DNA from: Somniosus microcephalus
Taxonomy: Eukaryota
NCBI GenBank assembly: GCA_052327205.1
Contig: CM126205.1
Coordinates: 245,644,001-245,708,000, forward strand
Length of the DNA stretch: 64,000 nucleotides
Direction of reading: 5' to 3'
Shown here: positions 1 to 11,884 of the stretch, piece after piece
How the letters are laid out: the number at the start of each line of letters is the position of its first letter
How positions within the stretch are numbered: the stretch's first letter is position 1
Made by a program: the position numbers and the translations under genes
The notes under the pieces: generated by a model
The model's input: the letters and a program-made list of their open reading frames with translations, nothing else
Databases searched by the model: none
What the model was told of the DNA's origin: nothing

Positions 1-592
1 CAACATGAGTTGTATATACAAATGAAAAATTGCTTCGTCGTTCTTTTTATTAGATCTCAATTTACATAGGTAGAGTGCATGCATAATATTTCTATATTTA
101 AGATTAAAATACGAATGTTCCATTCCAATTACCTGTTGTACTTACATTCTCAAAATGCAGAATATCTGCTTGTTACTCGAGTGGCAATTTAAACAAATTG
201 AGGAAACAAAACAATTACAAATGTCTTTGAAACTAATAAATGATGATGAGAAGACGTCGGCACGTTATCCGCGGACAGCGAAGTACAGACCATAACAAGT
301 CAAATTTGTGCCTTGCGATCAATTTCCTGCTATAGCAAATGTTCACGAGGTATCCATAGTTTGCATCTCAGTCCCTGTTTGTTGCTGATGTTTAACTAAA
401 CCAACACGCCCTGGACTAGTGGCAGTGGCAATGTAATGTTAGATTGCTGTTTTATATGACAGCACATCAAAGGAGCACCTATCCATTAAAACAATGGATA
501 TTCTTGATCTACATGCTTTCTGCAAGCAAGCTTAATTACCATAAAAAGTTCAATTCACGACCTTGAAACTCACATTTGAACTTTACTTTGGC

Positions 593-2170
593 CTAAAAGA
601 GTGAGAGTGTTTGTTCGCGCATTACAAGTCTTTTCTTTTTCATGCGCCGGTTTTGAAACCAGATTTTTACTTGCTGGTCGCTCAGATTCAGTCTATCGGA
701 CAACTCTTTCCTCTTCTGTCGGTTGATAAACTCGTTCGCAAGAAATTCATTTTCAAGTTCAGCTATTTGTTGCTTTGTGTACGGCTTGCGTTTCCTCCTT
801 GACCTCACTTGGGTTGGACACCAGGGCAGCCCTGCAAATCGAAATTGAGAAAAAAAGGCTGAAGTAATTGAAACATTTCACCACCCTTCCACCCCAAAAT
901 GATTTAATTTTTCAGTGTTAGTTTAGACAATAACTTTGTTGGCATTGCAGCATTCCTATTGTTGTTCTTTTTAGAAATGCTGTTAAAACTTCGACAAAAC
1001 AATGTAACATTGTCTATTTTTGTGACCCTTGGCCTTTATAAATAAAGAACAACACTGGTAAACTATTACGTGACACGATAAGCTAGCTAAATAGCACAAA
1101 TAACATATTTAAATAAAACATTCAAACATTTTAATATCCTGTAGTCTTTGCCGCAGAAAACTCGCAAATTATAAATCCGAACAAAGGAATCTCCCTGAAA
1201 TATTGGCTTTTAATAAAATGGCGAAAGATTCAGGACACAGTTACGATTTCTTCATTATTTAAATGTTAGCTAGAACTTAAACGGAACTATTTAACGTTGC
1301 AATTTTACTTGTTATTTAGAGTAATTCCTATTTAGAGTAATTCCAGCTATCACACATGGACTGCTCCCATGCTTTCAGTATTGTGTTTCATTATCTCGTC
1401 CTAATCATTTTTGTAATTACAATAATTATTTTCCTGATGGTTCTGATTGCAATAAGCGCCAGTGTTCCGGGATCATTGTTTGATGCTCAATATTTGAAAT
1501 TCACGTGAAGGTGACAGGTAGCACTTTGGAAAAGGAGGGATGCTGCAGTTTTCAAATGATCATCGCTTTAATATTACACTGATACTATACCATCGGAGGA
1601 TCTGTTGCATACTGGCGTTACTGATGACTGTAATGACATATTGAGGCTCACACATTGCTTGATGCCTTCATTTACAGTGGGAGAGTTGGAATTCAATTCA
1701 AAGCCTTGATTATGTAATGTCGAGCCATGCAGAGATGTTTCCACGTTTGGGTACTCGTACTTGGCAGGATTGATGTTGACTGAAGAGGAGATGCTGGCAT
1801 CACTTGGATAAGACTGATTGTGTCTGCATCTCTCCTCCAGTTTTCGGCTGCTGTCTTGGAAGAAGTATTTGTTAGGCTCTTCGCCGGCTGCTGCCTTGTC
1901 TGATCCATGCCTATTGATGCTGATGGAGACTGAGTTGCTGAGATAGGACTGAGAGTAGCCGCTGAAGGCGCGGCTCTGCGGCGGCGATGCGCATGGACTC
2001 GAAGTCCACGGGAGCGAGCACACCTCCCTGCGGGTATAGGAGAGTGCTGGCGACAGAGTTGCCAGTTGAGCCCCATTCGGACGCAGGTTGGGGAAGTAGA
2101 AGGGCTCCGGGCTGGTAAAATTTAACAGGGAGCCGACATAGCCTGAATTTAGCAGATTGTGCTCGCACAT
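593..2170 (-). CDS. hoxd12: Homeobox protein HoxD12; complement(join(593..831,1591..2170)), 272 aa
   Basis: N-terminus [18 protein letters not shown] and homeodomain [20 protein letters not shown]...[14 protein letters not shown] are PG12-type. Phase-1 GT-AG intron (GAT G|gtatag ... ttgcag|GG CTG) joins the frames. Synteny with HoxD13-Evx2-Lnp. Confidence 0.96.
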
Positions 2171-4227
2171 TTCCGAGGAGCGCGATCAGATCTTCTCTGT
2201 CCCCTATTTAGCTTCCAGACAGAGATAAACGAAAGGCGCTCGCCGATTGGCTCCGGGAGAGTCACAAGACAAGCGGAAGCAGCTTTTTTTTCTGGCACCG
2301 CCTCCGTTCCAATACAACTCACATCTGAAATGGCCAAGTCCACGTCCATGTGCACCTTCATCCCCCTCAACGGCAGCTCACGGGACGCAACTCGCTGAAG
2401 TCAACAGGATGAATAGTTCAGAAAAATTGTTATAACGTAATAAATTGGACATACAATTTCAATAGATCTCCGAACATTTCACAGACTGCACTGATTAATC
2501 GTTCTATTAGTTACGTTATATTTGATTAATAAAGCTTTAAATATCCGAAATGCTCATGTGTTCTCTTGGCAATTTCAAACCAGTTTCAATCATTCTTGAA
2601 AACCAAATGCCTAAAACCGATATGATGCATTAGCAGAGATAATGCGCTATTTTAACGGGTGATAATTCGTAACATCTACTTAGGTCGAATAAAAAATGCA
2701 ACATTTTAATTAAAATGTCGGTAGATTTTTATATTTCAACGCATTACTTTTAGCTCTATATTAGCGGCCAATTTTTCGGGCAGTACCAATTCTTAGGCGA
2801 AGCACATTTATGTTTAAATCAGGCACGCTATATATTTTATTTTATTTCATTTTGTTAACATAAAAGACAAATAAACCAAACAAGTGAACGTTAGTGCAAA
2901 TTATCTAAATAATTTAGAAATTATATTCCGTGCCTAACTAATTGTGGGAGGGTTTAAAACATCGAATAAATCAGCGAATATACCGAATACAATGCGCCAA
3001 GACTCATTTAGATTTTTAGCAAAAAAAATGCGCATTCATAAAATTAAACAAAGCCCTACATCAGCACTGTGTTTACTGTTATGTGAGTAATGGTCATGTT
3101 CTAATTATCGTAGTTGAATTCAATTATCTAAGATATTTGATAACAATTTAGTAAGTTTATATTATAATAATAAAGCGTGCTATGCATTATTAGGCGGAAA
3201 CTAAAACGGTCCAGTTCTTAGTCTGTCCACATTAGATTAGAATAATGTTGCACAGTTCTATTGTGTTGAATATGTGCCGCTCCATGTGAAAATATTGAAG
3301 TTAAATTCGGTTGTGTGTCTGTGTTTATAATACGTACATTTCAGTAAAATCCAGTAGATTGGTCGTGGCAACTCTTAACATATTAGACTGCAAAATTTTA
3401 GGGTTTTTTTTAATCTTAAGATTTCCTAAAAATGCTGCTCGTTATTAGAGCACCGCAAACCCTCATTTCATACTTAGACAAAGCAAATGTTGAAACAAGA
3501 CTGTTGGAGTAAATGTCAATATTTGCAACGCTGGCGTCAAAGCCAAAAGAAAGGACTCGCTCTCTTGCATCTGCTAACTTCAGAATTTCTAGAAACTTAT
3601 TTTGAGCAGAATTTACAGACGTTTGCGCGATCTATTAAACCTATCAATGATTAAAACATTAATGTGGGTGTTATTCATTTAGCATTTTAACTAATGGTAC
3701 TAATGTTTATCGATAGCAAAGCAAATGGAATAAAATTCAATATAATGCGTCTACCTTATCGAACTATGCAACTAATTCTGGCTCCAAATGTGACTTTAGA
3801 TAATTAAAATTCACGCATAGCTGGCACGGTTTATTTCTAGCGTCGCATCGACTGCAGAAATGTAATATTTTAAAATATTTTTTGTTTACACTGTTAATAA
3901 TTGGCGGTCTATAATTTAACAATTTACCTTACTCTCTAATGTATATACTCAGCTATTTACAATATGACACGAATTGGCCCTTTCAGTTAAAATCATGTGC
4001 AATAAAATCAAAGCAGAGACCGCCACCACATCCTCACCGGAAAGAAGAACCACTGTTTCTCCTCTGTCCCTTTTATGATCTCGCGCCGCCCTAAAAAATG
4101 GGGTTTCTTTAGTAAGACATTAAAATCCAAACGCAATTGCGATCAAAGGCGCTTAACCGAAGGCGGGCCTCTACCTAACATTTCTTGTAAAATCTCGAAA
4201 TAACTCCAAGAAATTAAACTGTAGCTC

Positions 4228-4239
4228 AGTTCAAGGTCA
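4228..4239 (+). promoter_or_regulatory. DR0 / extended nuclear-receptor half-site AGTTCAAGGTCA (NR6A1/NR5A/ERR-type), candidate
   Basis: Motif read directly; function inferred from the known TCAAGGTCA consensus. Confidence 0.45.
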
Positions 4240-5037
4240 ATGTCGAATGAAATCAAATCGCCATATTTTTTTTAGAAAAGATGTTAACTTCGTTTTAGTG
4301 CGAAATGTGTTTTCGAATGAAGAGCCACTTCAACTTGAAATCAGTATCACATCGACCACAATTGAGGTTTTCTTTACAATTTATGTAGCCAAGGAATGAA
4401 ATCGGGCAAAGAATCCTCACTTTACACTTCCCACAACAAACGCTGCTTTATAGTTAGTGATGTTTTCTCAAAACCCTCATTCGACCACGGTGAACATTTA
4501 AATACTGGTTATGAAATTCTATCGTAACGTACGTAAAAATATCCTGAAGAAAACTACAATCGAGCAATTTATCTGTTACATATTTCTTAGAAACTACCGC
4601 TACAGTAAGGCTAATTTACTTACATTCTTTATTCACAATAGAACACCAATCTCGGGGTGTGCTTGGTTATCCGGGATGTGAACACTAAATAGACCAACAT
4701 GTAGAAAATGCAAGCGGTGTATAAATTCGTGAAAACACGCTAAATTTAAATGATGTAAAATAATAAACCTCAAATTATTAACACGTTGAGCACCGGACCT
4801 CGCAAAGCTTACATAGCTTGGGTTGAAAGACTTACTTTCTCGCGCATTTCTTGCAAAATAGGCAATGCTGCTGTCTAAGCTGTCAATACAGCCTATCAAT
4901 AAGTTCTTGGATGTAAAGCCAAACTGTTGGCCTAAATAGTACTTCTGACACTGGTTTGCAGCGTAAAGTACGAACGACCATCTTGTGGCCCGCGCTTCGA
5001 TTGTAACTATGTTGCTTCATGTTTTACAGCAGATTAT

Positions 5038-5135
5038 CCAGCAGATGGCGAACTAGCTCTGCGATCAGGGTCGTCTTCATTATTCATGATGCTAAATAAA
5101 GTCAAGGTCAAAGACTATAACCATAGTCAAGGTCA
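5038..5135 (+). promoter_or_regulatory. Candidate HoxD12-HoxD13 intergenic element: CTCF-like core plus two TCAAGGTCA sites
   Basis: CCAGCAGATGGCGA at 5038-5051 fits CCASYAGRKGGCRS at 13/14 positions. TCAAGGTCA at 5102-5110 and 5127-5135. Confidence 0.55.
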
Positions 5136-7702
5136 ATGGTAAATAGAAATTTGACGTCAGAGCGCTGATCCTTCCAAAAATGTATCTAATGTCACGAAGC
5201 TCCAACAAATTTAATGGAAGAAAATCAGCCTGTATGCATGTGTTAAAGATGACAGAATATGGAGTTTTAATTTAATACAACATAATTCCTTTTAATTTTC
5301 TTCTATGGCTGACTAACAGAACTTATCCCAATGCACAGTATTATGGTTAGAAAATGTTAGCAGCTGGTAAATAAAGAGGCAGGGTCAGGAGCATTATCAC
5401 CTACTAAGTTCCTGCTCATATAAATGCACTCAATCTCACTTAGTTTAATTATAAACTTCATCACTTAATATTTCTATTTTAAAAATTAGGAACTGATTTA
5501 TCTCCCCCACTTCCTTATACCAGTAATAATCTCCCTTTTAAAAAAAGGAACATTACAAATCCAGGCTACATTTGTATTGTGGTGAACACCTTACCCACAT
5601 TATCATGTTTTGTTTTATTTACGCACCGTCGCCGACAGGGATGGTACAATAAATGTTTACATCTGTGCGGAGATTACACGTTAGCCCACTAAATGTTTCA
5701 ATTTAGATTTAAGATAAAAATAATTAACTCGATTGTTTACACGTTTAGTTGTATTTAATATTCGAGAAGACGTTGTTATAGCATATATTTTAGTGTGCCT
5801 CTCTGCAAATGAGTTGCTTTTGATAACTAAATGGTACTTTTGCCAACCAGTTTATTAACCGACCAGTAATTATTTGTGGCAAACCTTAAAAAAGGTTGGA
5901 AAGCTTATGTGAAATGAGGACGACTCTAATTTGAATTAACCCGTACAAGGGAAAATGACATAACGTCATCAATCCTGACAATATTTTTATTCATATCACA
6001 AGTTTGAATTCTTCGACACTATTTGGGATTTTACTCCTTTTCTGCGTTTAATTTGGCCTGCTCACAATTTGATTTAAAACGCTGCAACCTGGAAACAATA
6101 CATCTTTCAAATAGTTTAATTTATATTTACAAAATACCCAGCAACCAAATGCTGGATAAACATGCTATCACAAGGCATTATTAAAAATAATAGCAAATAA
6201 TGTCTTTCAACACCAGCATTTCAAATTCCTTACAGTTTATTGATACCGTAATTTCTATTTATTTCTTCTATTATTATGGCGTTAGTGTTTGTAATTTTCG
6301 CCCCCAAATACCGCGGCACTTGTGTACATGTGTAAATTAGAGAAGCATTCGTGTAAATACTGTGCAGCTTAATATAGAAGGTGGCGATGTGACAAGACAA
6401 AATATATTGAACTCATTTACAAGAAATGTCAAGCTTGGAGACAGTTAAAGTGTGATTTCTTTTAATATTTTACATGGCATAAATCAAAGTAAGAAAACCA
6501 CGCGAGTTCAAAATGAACTCGGTAAAGGAAATGAACAATATGAACAAAGGCTTGCGTTAAAAATGTACATAAAACATAGGAATAATGCCAAACTTCTCCA
6601 CGATTTTACTCGTATAGTTATCATGATTACAATAATGAAGTAATTTAAGTATACAGCATAACAAGTTACTAATTAGAAAACAACTGTAAATGTTTCAATT
6701 AAAGGCACCGCATTGAAAACGACCGTGGGACTTTCAAATATATTAGCATTTGTTTTGAAAATAACAGTTTAAAATGAACAAAATATTCAAAATGCAGTAA
6801 CATAGGTTTTCATATTTTAACTCATAACTTTTTAAGACATTTTAAGCCTTTTAAATTTGACAAGCATTTCACTTGAGACTGAAATTTCAGTTTACATTTG
6901 CTTAGGGCAACATGTTACTATAGAACTTTCTGGAGTGAGTAAACAGAAGGCCCTTTCGATATCTGGACTAAATAATTTAATATGCAAATGATTGTAAATT
7001 CGCTGCCGTTAATATGATAAAGTATCTTATGGGGTTGTGCCACACTTAGTCTTGTAAATAATTTCTAACTGGCACTGACTTACAATGCTTTTTTAGCAAT
7101 ATAATTCCAATCATTCACAACAGAATGGATTTTGCTGCTAGAATATATGATCAGCATTTGAACCCATTTTTAATACAGCCATGGTACCTCTTGCAAAGCA
7201 TGACTGAAAACTTAAATGTTAAATAAAAATCGCCTTGCATTAAGAAAGTTAGAAATACACTTTACTTAATGTCAACCTTTGGGTTAGAATGGGTTATCAG
7301 TTGTAGTCGCCATTTTATCTGCGTATTGTAAAACCTCCAGTAACTCAACTGAACCCACGAAAATGTTACTTAAGACTGAATGAAGCATTACTTTGCAACA
7401 GTGTTTGCAATGTCACTCGTGAAAATAATCCCGCACGGTAACACAATGCAAGTATATGAATGTGGAACTGTTCACACTCTTAACAGAGTGCCTTATTCAT
7501 TTGATTGTGGTGATGAAGTCACATCAAGTATTTTAGCAAAGTTTTGCACAAGATTTCGTGGAATTTGTCATTTTAAGATTTCTTTGTAAATCCGAAGATG
7601 TGTCTTGGACGTCTCCTACATTCATGTAGTTTCTTTTTCTACAAGAAAGACCATCGCATACAATTTACAATGCACCATTACTGGTTACTGATGTCTGCGG
7701 TA

Positions 7703-9013
7703 TCAAGGTATATTTTCTTTGACTTTGGAAACTACTTTCTTTTCCTTGACTCTTCTGTTCTGAAACCAGATGGTGACTTGTCTTTCGGTAAGGTTGGTGG
7801 CTGTTGATATCCTTCGCCTTTTTTCCTTGGTTATGAATTTGTTTGTGGCGTATTCTCGCTCGAGTTCTTTAAGCTGGGTTTTCGTATAAGGAACCCTTTT
7901 CTTCCTCCCTCGTCTGTAAATGTTGATGTCAGTCTGGTTGTGCATCACATCTCCTGAGGGGGGAAATGCAAATTATAAGAATATAAACTTCAAACAATAG
8001 CAGTTCAAAGGATATTGAAAATAAACGAAGGTGTTAGATGAAGCATTAAAAAGAAAAATGACAACCCATACTTCTGGCTTTTAAAATATACTTTTAAAAT
8101 AGCAACTCATTTGAGACATTTAGGCATACGGCCAATCGCACATTTCAGCGCATTAATTCTGACACATGGTTATTCTGTGTTCCATGTATTATTCGTTTGA
8201 AATATTGTTAATTAAAAGACTGGCGAATTGCTGACAAGATTAAACCAAACGACAGTGGATTTATTTTGTTTGCTTTATATTTAAAATGAGCGTAACGTTT
8301 CTCAGTGAAAAATATGTCATGATACCTGAAAGAGGCGATTTCCAAAAATGTGAAGTCTGTGTCTGATCTTTAGGGCAATACACTTGACCGTTCCAGCCAT
8401 TAGCAAATGTCCAAGGCTGATAGCCCTCCATGGATATTAAGGCTTCATGCCTTGGCTCTCCGTGGCCGCTTATTGTAGGGACTACTGGAACGTCCAAATA
8501 ACCAGGGACCCGTTGGTATGGATTGGGGTAGCTCTGATAGAAAGCAAATTCTTTTGCCCTGGATGACACCTCGTCAGTGGGGACAGGAGTGTTAGTCAAA
8601 CCCGAAACGTCCATATATTTGTCCACTGGATAACCGGCTAGAGATGCATGAGCGCCAGATTTCAGTCCAGTTTGTTGAATGCCAACATTTCGACAACTGT
8701 AATAGCTGCTTCCAAAATGATAGCCGTAACTGATCGCTGGATTTGGAGGGCTTGTTGGAGCTGGACATGGGCTGCACTGCTTAGCAGATTCAGAAATGAC
8801 AGAATGCGTTCGATCTCCGACGGAGTAAGCAGGACCCGAAGATAAAGAGTTGTGATGAGCTCCAAATGCAGAGGGAGACAGAAAATTCCTGCATTGATTT
8901 GAAGGGACGTTCCCTCCCAGTCCTTCCATCTCCGAGTTAGTTGTGTTGTTTCTGTTGTGTAGGTACCTGATTGTATCAGTCCTCCAAGGGGCTGAAAGAA
9001 GAGAAGCTGTCAT
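7703..9013 (-). CDS. hoxd13: Homeobox protein HoxD13; complement(join(7703..7953,8326..9013)), 312 aa from the first ATG (alternative start at 8929, MEGLGG)
   Basis: PG13 motifs [29 protein letters not shown] and homeodomain [22 protein letters not shown]...[14 protein letters not shown]. Phase-1 intron TCA G|gtatc ... ctcag|GA GAT. Confidence 0.95.
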
Positions 9014-9038
9014 ATCACGACCCACTGCGAACTAAGTA

Positions 9039-9142
9039 CTGCTTTATAAAAGCAGCCTCGGGAGTGAGAAGAGGTGCTTATTTTCACTGATTAGAGTGTG
9101 CACTGACCGAGTGAAACCTGATAGGTCGATTCTGGCCACGTG
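9039..9142 (-). promoter_or_regulatory. Putative HoxD13 proximal promoter (TATAAA 9043-9048 inside inverted repeat CTGCTTT-ata-AAAGCAG; E-box CACGTG 9137-9142)
   Basis: Motifs read directly 30-130 nt upstream of the first ATG. Confidence 0.45.
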
Positions 9143-11494
9143 ATACGCAGCAACTGAAGCTGGCTTCTGCAGTCGTTGCACCCCTTTCCCGATGTTAAAA
9201 CCATTTAATTTTTCCAAAATTAATTCATTATAAATGACTAACAGAGATGATGTGCATTGTAAACAAAACACAGGATGGTGTTTCCATGGAAATACTTTTA
9301 CTGATGTATTTCATTGAGATTTATTTGTATTAATATTATTGATGGCTTGCATAATATATTATAGAGTTTGTAGGATCAGTAAATTACAAGTACAGTATAC
9401 ATGGAATATTCTTTGAGTCAATTTTCTATTCTACATTGCTTTCCCTTTCAAATAAAGTTTTGGACAACTTTTGCAAAATAACCATTTCAAATTGGGAACG
9501 GAATCATACTGTGATATAATAAATAAAAGGCACAGTGGTGACCATTTTTTGCATTTTCTTATATTGTGGCGAAGAATCTCGCTAATAATCCGTTTAGCAT
9601 CAAAATGTCACGTTCGGGATAACATATAAATGTCCTATATATAAAACGATGCGATTAGCATTATTCTGTATACAACTGTGAAATAAATTTCAAAGATCAT
9701 TCATTTATTCTAACTCATAAGACGGTCATGTATATATTGAGTTCCGCTCAGATTGTATATAGACTACATTTTCAAAAATCTGAGCGCAAAGTAATTCGAT
9801 CTACATTTAAGTTTCGCTCAGATACCCGATCTGTAAATAAGGAGCACGTTTTATTCAGTACTTCCTTAAACTCAGCTTATGTTTTTCGGGGGTGTGGAGT
9901 TTTCAGATGTCTGATATTTAATTTCGATTTACACGTAATGTTCTTTATTTTGCATCATCCCACTGCCTTTTTAGCACACGATTTTCGCATATTGGGATTA
10001 GCTTACATTTTGCAGCAAATGCGCTAAATTATTCCAACTTTCCAATTGCTATTTGTCTGTGCCAGAATTTTCAATTACTTGTGTCAAACGGACAAAAATA
10101 TGATTTCGGAGGCGGCCACAAAATGTAGTAAATGCTGGTTTTCTCCACAGGCCCTATTTTCGTTATAATCTGAAAATGTGTTTTGTGGGAAAGTTCCAGC
10201 ATAATTCGACTGCATGATTCAATTCACTCCATTGCTATTACAGACCGTAGGGTAAAAACATAGAAATATTCAGCAATATCACTCTGTTATTGAAAATAGG
10301 ACATATTTTGATTACTACAATCTATCTTTAACTATAAGAAAAGATGGAAAAAAGTATCAATTTTTTCCACCAAAATACACTCCCAATACATATTCCCAAA
10401 GTTGGAAAAACCACGTTTAAAAAACATGTTTTGTTAGACAAACCAAACGATACTTTGCAGCTTACCTTAGAATAAGAGGTTCATAACATGCGCTACAAAT
10501 ATTGCATTACATTTTGTGATTCACTAAAACGAAGCAATTCCATTTTGGGGAGATATTTAGATGCAAGTTATATATTGCAGTTAGCTATAATAACAGCAGT
10601 AGCATTTTACAAATGTTAAACGGATAATGGAAAGAGATGGGATACTGTGACTTGGTTTTCAGTGTGAAATATTGTGGCACACTGAGGGGGCTCATCTCAC
10701 TGTTCCACTGCACATATTTTCACATCTTCCTGAAAGTCACAGAGTCCAGACACAAGTAAATCTGTTGACAAGGTTGCCACTCAAAGAAACCGATAAGAAT
10801 TTTTCGGCAAAGAATAATTGAAAACACCAAACAACTAGAAAACGATATTCTGTGCATGTGCAAAATAAGGATTATTTCACATTTCAAAGAAAACATTTTG
10901 AATCTTGTCTTACATCTTTTTCAGAATGTCAAAGGTAAGACTGGAAAACTACAATATGAGCGGTTATTTCACAGAGACAACGCAGATTCTACCTACAAGC
11001 ATCCGCGACATAGAGAGACGAATGGAACCCATGCTTTTTGCACTAAATTACATTCATTCATTCCTGTGCATCCTTTGGTTTACTTTCTTCATAAAAAAAC
11101 ATTTTCTGCACTGACTTGGTACCCTTCGACTAGATTTCGTGAAGTAGTTCCAATAGCGTTTTTAAATAATAACTTGAAGATAAAGAATTTCACAACAGCA
11201 AGTTCAATGCTTATCCTTTCTATTCGAGTATCTGTTTTTGAATAAGCACAGCGCGTTTATTTAAGAACATGCGGATGGTATCGTCAGAAAAAAAACATAA
11301 AAAGTGATCTGCTCCTACTTTCAATGTGAAAAAAACATGCTACCGATTGATTTCGGATGGCTGCTTTTATTTAGAATTCCGGGAAAATACAGGATCGGAT
11401 TTAAAAATATGCCGCTGTCTCAAGTTGATCGCATCACCGGTATGCAGACAAAGGGGTTCTTTCCGGAAGTAGATGAAGGCCAAGGTCAAGGTGG

Positions 11495-11535
11495 AGAGAG
11501 AGGGAGGGAGCGAGAGAGAGAGAGAGAGAGAGAAA
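11495..11535. repeat. (GA)n microsatellite
   Basis: Visible GA dinucleotide run. Confidence 0.9.
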
Positions 11536-11797
11536 GATGGTAAACAGCGGTTTAAAGCAACTCAACAGCTCCGTGGGATTTATGTGAGAATTTCAAAGAT
11601 TGGAGTTAGCTGTGATTTATAACACAGCTTTGAAAAATTCCATGCTCTTGCTAACTTATGTCAGATCTTTGATGAAAGTCAGTAATACCTGTGGTACCAT
11701 GCAAAATGAAACACTAATTTAGAGATTAGTGTGCGTTAGCCCGCTTTAAAAATAAAACATAATTTTCATTAGAAAATTGAATAAGATCCAAACAGAA

Positions 11798-11884
11798 GTT
11801 CAAGGAGAAGGCCTCAGAGCAACTAGATATGGGCAATAAATATGGCCTTGCCAGCGTCGTCCACATCCCAGAACAAATCAAAAA
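11798..11884 (+). mobile_element. Short 3'-tail fragment of a LINE/SINE family also present in the lnpk introns
   Basis: gttcaag...atgggcaataaatatggccttgccagcgtcgtccacatccca + A-rich end closely matches the LINE 3' ends at ~41800-41905 (+) and ~42635-42700 (-). Confidence 0.8.

Noticed and set aside
8261-9025. ORF-track ends of HoxD13 (GTG start at 9025, tail [10 protein letters not shown]...) and similar tails on the HoxD12, HoxD14 and Evx2 ORFs
   Set aside because: Non-ATG start and read-through into introns; in-phase splice sites give the real structures.
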